Part shown: positions 48,622 through 58,297 of the stretch, piece by piece | How the letters are laid out: each line of letters begins with the position of its first letter | Position numbering within the stretch: the stretch's first letter is position 1 | Source of the DNA: Octopus sinensis | Taxonomy: Eukaryota | Direction: 5' to 3' | Assembly (NCBI RefSeq): GCF_006345805.1 | Contig: NC_043002.1 | Span: 66,154,001-66,218,000, forward strand | DNA: 64,000 nucleotides | Translations under genes and position numbers: made by a program | Notes under the pieces: model-generated | What the model saw: only the letters and a program-made list of their open reading frames with translations | Told to the model about the DNA's origin: nothing | The model's database searches: none

Positions 48622-49350
48622 ACATTATTTACATTTGATGATATTTGTCCTCGTCTTGTTCGTTGTTAACACAACGTTTCAGCTGATATACCTTCCAGCC
48701 TTCATCGGGTGTCTTGGGGAAATTTCAAACCTAGATTCTCATTCCTAAGGTATTTTTCAATGTTGTTGTTGTTATTATTATTATAATTCAGATCACTGCC
48801 TGGAATCGAACTCGGAATCTTGGGGTTAGTAGCCCATGCCCTTGACCACTACGCCATATACCCATGGTTAAGAGCGCGGGCTACTAACCCCAAAATTCCG
48901 AGTTCGATTCCAAACAGTGACCTGAATAATAATAATAATAATAACAACAACAACAACAGCATCGAAAAATACCTTAGGAATGAGAACCCAGGTTCGAAAT
49001 TTCCCCAAGACACCTAATGAAGGCTAGAGGGTATATCAGCCGAACAGGGCGGCGATCTGGCAGAATCGTTAGCACGCCGGGCGAAATGCTTAGCGGTATT
49101 TCGTCTGCGTTACGTTGTGAGTTCAAATTCCGCCGAGGTCGACTTTGCCTTTCATCCTTTCGGGGTCGATAAATTAAGTACCAGTTGCGCACTGGGGTCG
49201 ATGTAATCGGCTTAATACCTATGTCTGTCCTTGTTTGTCCCCTCTGTGTTTAGCCCCTTGTGGGTAATAAAGAAATAGGTATATCAGCCGAACTGTTGTG
49301 TTAACCACAAACAAGATGAGAAAAAATATCCATCAAATATAATAATGTAA
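48622..49350. mobile_element. Head-to-head foldback of a tRNA-headed, hammerhead-tailed element; right arm interrupted by a family A SINE
   Basis: Arms 48622-48863(-) and 48864-49350(+); A box 48846-48856 and B box 48802-48811 on the - strand; hammerhead motifs at 48668-48713(-) and 49009-49045/49294-49302(+); third partial copy at 49965-50056. Confidence 0.8.
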
Positions 49351-49452
49351 ATAGTGTACATAATTCCTCATCTCTTAAATATAGAAATTTTAGAACATAG
49401 AAAAATTAACACGAAACAGTTTATAAAAAAAGAATTCTTCTGTTCTCCACAG

Positions 49453-49541
49453 ATCCCTCTATGACAAGAGTGTGAGAGCTTATGTTTCTTTTATCCAGTC
49501 TTATGCCAAACATGAATGTAGCATGATCTTTCGGACTAAAG
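49453..49541 (+). CDS. DDX55: DDX55 exon 12 (SLYDKSVRAYVSFIQSYAKHECSMIFRTK)
   Basis: ccacag| acceptor, family C-terminal extension motif YAKHEC, G|gtgagt donor. Confidence 0.93.
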
Positions 49542-49800
49542 GTGAGTTTATCAAATACTCTGCTTCCCTCCTCATTTCAAGAGTATTAATTTTTTCTTGA
49601 TTTTTTTTTGTTTTTTACATTGATGTCAGGTAAGGCTGTCGGTCAGTTGTCCACTTTCCAATCCCATGGTTTTTGGGTTCAGTTCCATTGTGTGGGACTT
49701 TGGGCGAGTGTTTTTTGCTTTTATCATAGCCACTGGCTGGCCAAAGCCTTGTGAGTGGATTTGGTTGATAGAAAACTTAAAGAAGTTCTTCATATATATA

Positions 49801-49847
<47 letters not shown>

Positions 49848-50071
49848 ATATATATATATATTCCTTAACATGAATATAAACTATGGTTTATATATAAAAC
49901 TATTATTTTAAGGATATCAATTCCCCACAAAAGATTAGGTACTGAACCAATATTTCTTTGGATTACCCATGGTTAAGAGCACGGCTACTAACCCCAAGAT
50001 CCCGAGTTCGATTCCAAACAGTGACCTGAATAAAAATAATAATAATAATAACATAACCTCTAATTGAATTC

Positions 50072-50138
<67 letters not shown>

Positions 50139-50354
50139 GCTTTTCATATGATTCACGTATTGTGCTTTTGACGACATGATCACAGACGATACATATCCAA
50201 TGTTCACTGCTGGTTTCAGTTCCAATTTTCCATCCACGAAATCCACTCACAAAGTTTCCTCTTTGCTTAATCCACCACCTCTTCTTCTTTCCTCACCTCT
50301 CCACACCTATTCAGCTGTCATGCAATGTTCTTTATTTTCTAATTCACTCAACAG

Positions 50355-50481
50355 ATCTTGATTTTGGTCGATTGGCAACAGGCTTTGGCCTCCTCAAAAT
50401 TCCAGTTATGCCTGAACTGAAAGGAAAGAAAATTGACAACTTCACGCCGTCATCTATTGATATAAACACAATTCCATATTT
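50355..50481 (+). CDS. DDX55: DDX55 exon 13 (LDFGRLATGFGLLKIPVMPELKG...TIPY)
   Basis: caacag| acceptor, |gtaagt donor. Confidence 0.93.
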
Positions 50482-51729
50482 GTAAGTATTGACCTTCATG
50501 TGTGGTATAATCCCAGTCATGGATTTTCCTTGGTATTTGAATGGTAAGGATGTTTAAACTGTTCAGTATGTATGATTGTCCCAGTTGGACTGTACCGAAT
50601 GAAGACTTACTTACCATCTGGGCTGGCGGAGCTATTGTAACTGATGAGAGTGTTAGGTCCTACCTATGGGTGGGGCTGTCTGTTGGGGCCTTTTGATGGC
50701 AGCTCTTGTTTGTGCGAATGTAGGTTTGTATATGTTTACCTGTGTGTGAATATTGATATTTGTTGTTTATGTGAAGGTGGCAAGCTGGTAGAATCATTAG
50801 CACACCAGGTGAAATGCTTTGCAGTATTTCGTCTGCTGCTATGTTTTGAGTTCAAATTCCGCCAAGGTCAACTTTGCCTTTCATCCTTTCAAGCTTGATA
50901 AATTAAGCACCAGTGAAACACTGGGGTCACTGACATTGATTAGTCCCCTCCCCACAAATATCAGGCCTTGTGCCTTTAGTAGAAAGGATATCTGTTGTGT
51001 TTGTGCATATCTAGATATGCATACACAAACACACACACACTCATATATATATATATTTATAAAATAAAATGGAATCCAAAGAAACTTGTAATGGTCTGCA
51101 TCTGGTATTTGTTTCTGTCATTAGACCCCGGCCATGCTGGGGCACCTAGTACCTTGAAGGATTTTTAGTGGAATGAATTTCCTCTGGTACTTTTTTATTC
51201 TTTTAGGGCTGTTACTTATTCTATCAATCTCTTTTGCCAAACCACTAAGTTACAGGGACTAAATGAACCAACACCAGCTGTCAAGTGGTGGTGAGGAACA
51301 AGCAGACACACACACATACATACAACAGGTTTCTTTCAGTTTCTGTTTACCAAATCCACTCACAAGGCTTGGGTTGACCTTAGGCTATAGTAGAAAACAC
51401 CTGTCCAAGGTGCTACGCAGTGGGACTGAACCTGGAACTGTGTTTCCAAGTTCAGTCTTAACCACACAGCTCTGCCTACACCTTCTCAGGAAGACTATTA
51501 TTATTTAGAAAAATTAACAAAGGTGTTCAGTGAAATTGGCAAATGGAGTGGAGTATCCGACATTTTGGAGTCCTCCTTCAGGGAAAAAGTGTATGTGTGT
51601 GAGAGAGTGTGTATAGATTATATACATAGATGTAATCTATACATACTATACATCTATGCAGTTTTGTATATATCATTTCAGAATACTGTCTTTTGTTTGA
51701 TGTATTTATTTATTTTGTTTGATTGTCAG

Positions 51730-51805
51730 AAATAAAGATAAGGAAAAGATCAGACAACAGAGGATTCAAGAAGGAGTTGAAAAGAAATCTAAATACAAAC
51801 CAAAA
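51730..51805 (+). CDS. DDX55: DDX55 exon 14 (NKDKEKIRQQRIQEGVEKKSKYKPK)
   Basis: tgtcag| acceptor, |gtgagc donor; phases fit both neighbours. Confidence 0.85.
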
Positions 51806-52256
51806 GTGAGCATTCATACAATAACATTCATTGATTTAACCTTTTGTGGGATTTTAATGTTTTTTTTTTAAAGTTTTCTGACGATTTTTGAAACTCCAAA
51901 CGATTTAGAAGAATTTAGTGAAATCAATTCTCTTTTCCTGTTTGTGTGTGGGTATCAAGCTCATTAGCTCAGACCCCTGTTATATTTGACACAGGTCCAA
52001 AATTGTGGTACCGTGCACTGCTTCTTAGCATAACACTATATATATATATATATATATATACTCTTTTACTCATTTGACTGTGGCCATGCTGGAGCACCAC
52101 CATTAGTCGAATAAATTGACCCCAGGACTTATTCTTTGTAAGCCTAGTACTTATTCTATCAGTCTCTTTTTGCTGAACCGCTAAGTGACTGGTACATAAA
52201 CACACCAGCATCGGTTGTCAAGCAATGGTGGTGGGGACAAATACACATACACACAC

Positions 52257-52287
<31 letters not shown>

Positions 52288-52838
52288 TACATATGTATGT
52301 ATATAAGTATATATGTGTGTGTGTATCATCATCATCATCATCGTCGTTTAACGTCCGTTCTCCATGCTAGCATGGGTTGGACGGTTCGACCGGGGTTCTG
52401 GGAAGCCAGAAGGCTACACCAGGCTCCAGTCTAATCTGGCAATGTTTCTACAGCTGGATGCCCTTCCTAACGCCAACCACTCCGTGAGTGTATATATATA
52501 TATATATACACACACATACATTATATATCGTCATCATCATTTAATGCTTATGTTCCATGCTGGCATGGGTTGAATGTTTTGATGGGATCTGAAGAGAAAA
52601 TGGTAAAAAGTATGAGATATTTTAAAGCGTCACTCAGTGGGACGGAACTCAAATCCATGTGGTTGGGAAGTGAACTTAACCACACTGCCATACCGGCACC
52701 TATTAATGTACTGGTGATAAATTTAAATGAAAATGCTATTCACCCAAACATCTGTGTGGAGCTGTTGATGTTTGAAATTATTATTCCTGTTGTTCTTGCT
52801 TTTTAACTTTAATTACAATCTGCTTATAATCTAAATAG

Positions 52839-53033
52839 ACAGTTGCCTGGTCGAAGAAGAAAGAGAAGAAGGAAATAAAGAAAAAACGGCAAGAGACGAA
52901 GAAGAGCAAGAAGAAGAAGATGACAGACAGTGGACAGAAGAGTAAGCTTGAAGCAGCAGAGAAGTCAAGACTAGAAGAAATAAAAGACCTTCAGGATGAT
53001 TATCGGTTATTAAAGAAACAAAAGAAAGGCAAA
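52839..53033 (+). CDS. DDX55: DDX55 exon 15 (TVAWSKKKEKK...DDYRLLKKQKKGK)
   Basis: aatag| acceptor (first AG of TAGACAG); AWSK and RLLKK..KGK motifs typical of the family; |gtaagg donor. Confidence 0.88.
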
Positions 53034-55006
53034 GTAAGGGAATACACGATTTTTTTACGAATTAATATTTGTCGGTTAATTATGTTCTGGGTCTGTTGAG
53101 ATGGTTGGCATCTCTCATTTGCAATTTCTTCAGATTCTGATATAAAAACAAAAAGAAATTGTCCAAACTGCTGTTATATGGGAAGGTCTTGGAAGTAATA
53201 ATTACTGGGTGTTATTGCTAGGAATGTGGAACAATGGAATCCAAAGACCTTGTCTTTAGTGTTGCATCTTATGACATAAGTACAGGGTTATGTATTTTGA
53301 GGGTGGAATCGTCATCATCGTTTAACGTCTGCTTTCCATGCTGGCATGGGTTGGGCTGTTTGACAGGAGCTGGCCAGGCAGAAGACTACTGTTTTGGCAT
53401 GCTTTTCACAGCTGAATGCTTTTCCAAATGCCAATCACTTTACAATGCGGATTGGATGCTTTTAACATGGCACCAGCACTGGCAGGGTCACCAAGTAACA
53501 TGCAAGACAAAAATCCCTTGAGAGGGGAGAGGGCATTGGAGGAGGTGATCTTGTGACAGAGAGACTGAAACAAGTGTCTTGCTGTATGTGCCTTCCATGT
53601 TGGTCTATGCAACATGGTTCAACAGGATCCAACAAGACTAGAGATTGCATTGATCTCCATTGTCCACTTTGACAGGGTTTTCTATGGTTGGATGCCCTTC
53701 CTAATGCCAACCACATTACAGTGTACTAAGTGTTTTAATTGTATCAACACTAGTGTGGTTGCCAAGTATCTTACAAAATGAAAAAAAAATAGCCTCCTCC
53801 ACAACCAACTGGGAGTATAGTAGAGATGGAGGTGGTTTTATGCCTGGTAAACGAAAATAGTAACTAAAAACGAGGAAAAAAATGTGTTTTGTATATTAAA
53901 AGCAATGTACCATTCCCAACAAAATTTGAAATCAGAATCACAAAAAAAAAACCCCAAGCCATGTGGTTGAAAACTGCCATGTCTTAAATAGATGTATAGG
54001 AGACCAAGCACCTTAAGACTAGGGAGCCAGATGAACGTAAGTCCATTTGGCACAATAATTGTTACTAATAGTTAAATATGGAATACAAGCCAAATTATCA
54101 CAGACTAAGCACAAACTTGCAAATAAATTGCTTACAGTATGTTGGTAGTTATGTCAAGAGGGTACATCACCTTATTATATCCACTTTCCCAGTATACATA
54201 ACCCATACCTGATATGTCTTACATTATCTAATGACTGTGTTACCTTTAAGCATTTTTTTTTTAAATACTTAAATGAAAAATTTTCCTTGAAAAATGAAAG
54301 GAATGTTAAACTTTCATCTGCCTATCAGCTATTTGTGATGAGGAGATGATAACAAAACATTATCAGAGATGCACTATCCTGGTGGACAATTGGAGTAATA
54401 CAAAAATACAAGTTTTACATCTTGTATGGTAGTTTGCTTGACCAAAATATAAACAGCTAATCTGCAAGAAGATAAAAGTTCAAATATGATACACACATAA
54501 CCAGTGATGACTGGTCAATACCCAGAAACTTGGGTCCATGTGTATCACGTCAGGCTGGAGATGGGAATACTGCAAATACTGATACGGCACAGGGGAGATG
54601 TCTTCCTGGGGCTACAAGCTACAATAGCATCGACCCTTATGGGTTAGCCACATTTAGGTGGCAAATATACTTCATAACTTAGTTTACTTATGATAAATAT
54701 TTCCCCTTATAAAATTACTCTGAAATATTTTTCAATAAATGTATGATGGGACAGACTAAATTTGTTTTAGCAAAGAAAATATACTTGTAAAACAGTGTCT
54801 TTTATATAAGGAAATAATTCAAACAAACAAAAAATATTTTAGGCTTTTTACTTTTATTAAAAAAGTACTAACCAAAATCATTTCTATTTACAAATCTTTT
54901 AAATATCATCATTTTGAAGCTGTTAATCCTTGTAAATCCTTACATAAACTCATTTACTTCAGCTCCGTTAATACCAACTTTGGATGCTTTCTTTGTTTTT
55001 TGACAG

Positions 55007-55048
55007 ATTTCTGAAGAAGACTTTGAGAAACAGTTTACAGAATCCTGA
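55007..55048 (+). CDS. DDX55: DDX55 exon 16 (ISEEDFEKQFTES*)
   Basis: tgacag| acceptor; matches the K-I-x-EE-x-F-EK family terminus; AATAAA at 55092-55097. Confidence 0.88.
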   Translation: MSEEDFEKQFTES

Positions 55049-55091
55049 CAGTGATTTAGGAAGCTATCAAGCTTCTCTTTTGTAAATATTA

Positions 55092-55097
55092 AATAAA
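55092..55097 (+). terminator. Candidate DDX55 polyadenylation signal AATAAA
   Basis: First canonical hexamer after the stop codon (43 nt downstream); usage unverified. Confidence 0.45.
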
Positions 55098-55346
55098 TGC
55101 TATATTTTATAATTTGTATCACAGGTCTTTTCTTTATCAAAAAGAAAATGTTCGATGTTGTGCCATCTCTTAGACTGGTGACATTGATGTAGTTGATGTC
55201 TGGTTTTAACATGTAGACATATGTGGGGAGGGGAAGTAGGATTGGGAGATGTTTTAGGTTGGTTTCGGTGAAGATGTAGAAACAGTACATCTGTACAATA
55301 GTGATTAATGGTCAATGATTGAATGGCCTTCTTTAATGTTGCAGTT

Positions 55347-55390
55347 TTAAGACGTCTGCGATGTTTTCTTCAGTGAATGCAGCAGTATTC
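55347..55390 (-). CDS. MRM1: MRM1 last coding exon (GILLHSLKKTSQTS*)
   Basis: Long polypyrimidine tract then ctag|; completes SVATGILLH; TAA at 55349-55347. Confidence 0.88.
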
Positions 55391-57661
55391 CTAGAAAAAA
55401 AAGAAAAGAAAAAATTACCAAAAGTCTGCAAGCACCCTTAACCACTATGACATATGCCTGTGGGTATATGGCGTTGACAAAAAAAATTGTCTTATATTTA
55501 TTTTGTAAACAAACAATACAATATTACATAAGCATTTTATAACATTTCTTTTCTGGAAACTTGCAGTGTACCGGCAGCTGATGGCTCGTGGATCAGCACT
55601 GGTCCATGGATCACCACTTTGAGCAGCAGTGTGACATGACTCAACACATTGTCTCGTGAAGGTCACTGCTATCTCTCACTGTACATGCAACCGTCTGCTG
55701 CCATCTGTTGATGTGCTACAGAACAAGTCCGAGAACTTTTTGATATCACTTTGTACAAAAAGTTTTTAAGATTGTAAGGTTTGATTAGATGGTGATGTAG
55801 CTGCAATCTCAAATAAGGTTGTGTGACTGCATGGAGGCTTCCTGACTATATTTTCTTTTGTTAAAGCCAATGTTTAACATCTGGATGCCTTCTGATCCTA
55901 TAACCAACATAGGATACCCCCATAGGTGAAAAATGACATGTTTTCAATCATTTTGAACCGCATCCTCTTATAAGGTTAATCACCACTAGATTCTCCACTT
56001 CAACCATCATCATTGTTTTAATATCATCTTTTCCATGTTTACATGGGTCAGATGAGATTTGTTGAGGCAGATTTTCTGTGGCCGGATGCTTTTCCTGTTG
56101 CCAACCTTCACTTGTTTCCACAGTAACATTTTCCTCTGATGTAGACAGGTTTTCACAGAAGGCTGCAAACAGACGTCACCATTTGTATGATGGTAAAGCT
56201 TGTTTACAAATAGGGCATATTAAGATCACATACACGAGGTAACATTTCCTTAAGTCCAGGCATGTTTCCATGGAAGTTTGTAAACAAATATTTCTGCTTG
56301 TAAAAAGGAAAATTTTGTTTACAATTTGTGTGCAGTCTCAAGTCAAGGACACACACACAACAGGCATTTTTTTTGCAGTTTTCAGTGCTTAATTCACTCA
56401 CAAGGATATATATGGCCAGAGGCTTACAGCTGAAAATTTTTGTCTTAAGCTCTATGTACTGAGTGCTAAATCGGAAACCATGTGGTTAAGAAGTGAACTT
56501 TATAACATTCCGAACAGCAGAATAGCCATCCTCATCCATTTACCCCAATATTTTCTATAATCTACTGAATATAACAAATAAGTGATGGGAGTATTTGTTT
56601 GGTGATGCAGTACAATGTCTGCATTTCATCCATCGATCAATGATAAAGTAAATGGTAGTTGTGGTGTTCATGCCTTTTCCCTCTGGAGCAATAGCAGAAT
56701 GCATGAAATGAAATAAGCTGTGGACTCAGCATTATTATCTAACATACATTTTTTTTTTTCCATGCTGGCATGGGTTGGATGATCTGACAAGCTGCAAGGC
56801 TGCACCAACATGGCTTCTACAGCTGGAAGCCCTTCCTAATGCAAACCACTCTACTGAGTGTATTGAGCACTTTTTTTTTCGTTCCACCAGCACTGGTGAG
56901 GTCACCATGTAAGGAACTTGCAAGAAAAGAACAGATAGAAGGAAAAAGCCTCCATGACTAAATGGTAGGGGCAGCCACACTATTTGAGAGGAAGAGAAGG
57001 GGTAAATGGTTCTATACCAGGTGCTGAGAAGCTAAAGTGTGATAGAGCAACAAGCCCAAGTGTCTTGATTACTTTTAAGGAGATACAAGGCTACGCTGCA
57101 TTATATACAAGTGGGTGGAAGTAGCTGGGAAAAAGGTGGAGACAGGATGCCCGAATATCTCAGCACAACTATTGTACACTAACACCTCCTGACAAATAAA
57201 ATATCCTTTTCTACTCTAGGCACAAGGCCCGAAATTTTTGGGGAAGGGGCCAGTTGATTATATTGACCCCAGTACACAACTGGTATTTAATTTATCGACC
57301 CCGGAAGGATGAAAGGCAAAGTCAACCTTGGCGGAATTTGAACTCAGAACATAAATACAGACAAAATACTGCTAAGCATTTTGCCTCACGTGCTAATGTT
57401 TCTGCCAGCTTGCCGCTTTATAAAATAATCTTTTCTACTCTTGGCACAAGGCCTGAAATTTTGGGGGAGTGGGCCAGTTGATTAGATCGACTCCAGTATG
57501 CAAATGGTAATTAATTTATAGAGCCTGAAAGGACAAAAGGCAAAGTCGACCTTGGTGGAATTTGAACTCAGAATGTAAAGACAGAGAAAATACTGCTAAG
57601 CATTTCACCTGGCATGCTAACATTTGACAAATGAAATATCGCAATAAAATTGTGTACTCAC

Positions 57662-57784
57662 CTGTGGCTACTGACACATTGAGGGAATCAATATCAAGCT
57701 GTTCATTGTCCACATGGGAACGGATTGTCACCAGATGGTCACACAAACGCAACATCTGTTTGGAGACACCAGTACCTTCATTAC
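57662..57784 (-). CDS. MRM1: MRM1 exon (GNEGTGVSKQMLRLCDHLVTI...DSLNVSVAT)
   Basis: tattag| acceptor, G|gtgagt donor; GNEG and SLNVSVA SPOUT motifs. Confidence 0.92.
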
Positions 57785-58176
57785 CTAATAGAGATAAATG
57801 ATTACATACAGTGACTTGTAGATAACGCATGTTACTGTTTAATTTCAGGTCAAACTTAATTCCAGATCAAGCAGGCTTGCAATCAAGAGCATTCTAGCTG
57901 TTACTGTCATGTCTTTTATTCATAATATGTCTAGGATTACAGTATATATGTTCTTCATTTACTAAGACAAAAACAAGTGATCTAGTTTCTATTTCTAGCA
58001 AGACAAGCAACCACATTAACCTTTTTGTTACCAAATTTCCGTTGGACTGTCTGTTTCAATTAATTTTGAAAATAATGAAGTTAGTAAAGTGATTTTCTCA
58101 TTATTAAGCTAGAGTTTGAAATATAAAATAACATGACGATTCATCAGAAAATAGCAACCAAAATCTCATGACTTAC

Positions 58177-58297
58177 CAACAATGAGTACTGTTGGATCAC
58201 GGAGGCAGATATCTCCAATTTGTTTCAAAGTCTTTCCCTCAAACTCACAATTCTTACCAACAGTTCCTACAAGTTTCCATCCATATTTCTTTAGGTT
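58177..58297 (-). CDS. MRM1: MRM1 exon (NLKKYGWKLVGTVG...DPTVLIV)
   Basis: ttacag| acceptor, G|gtaagt donor. Confidence 0.88.

Larger units (their letters stand above)
22665..55048 (+). other. DDX55: DDX55/Spb4-family ATP-dependent DEAD-box RNA helicase gene span (16 coding exons, 1755 nt CDS, 584 aa)
   Basis: Manually spliced exons give an open frame with Q motif (MTPVQ), motif I (AVTGSGKT), Ia (PTRELA), Ib (TPGR), II (DEAD), III (SAT), VI (HRSGRTAR), and the family-typical YAKHEC...LDFGRLATGFGLL and lysine-rich C-terminus. All introns are GT-AG with matching phases. Confidence 0.95.

Noticed and set aside
48790-48863. Functional tRNA gene (anticodon loop CUACUAA)
   Set aside because: A and B boxes are present, but the 5' and 3' ends do not form an acceptor stem, and the sequence is part of a repeated element.
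54940-55290. 116-aa ORF antisense to the last DDX55 exon
   Set aside because: No motif or splice support; it lies downstream of the MRM1 stop, in probable UTR.
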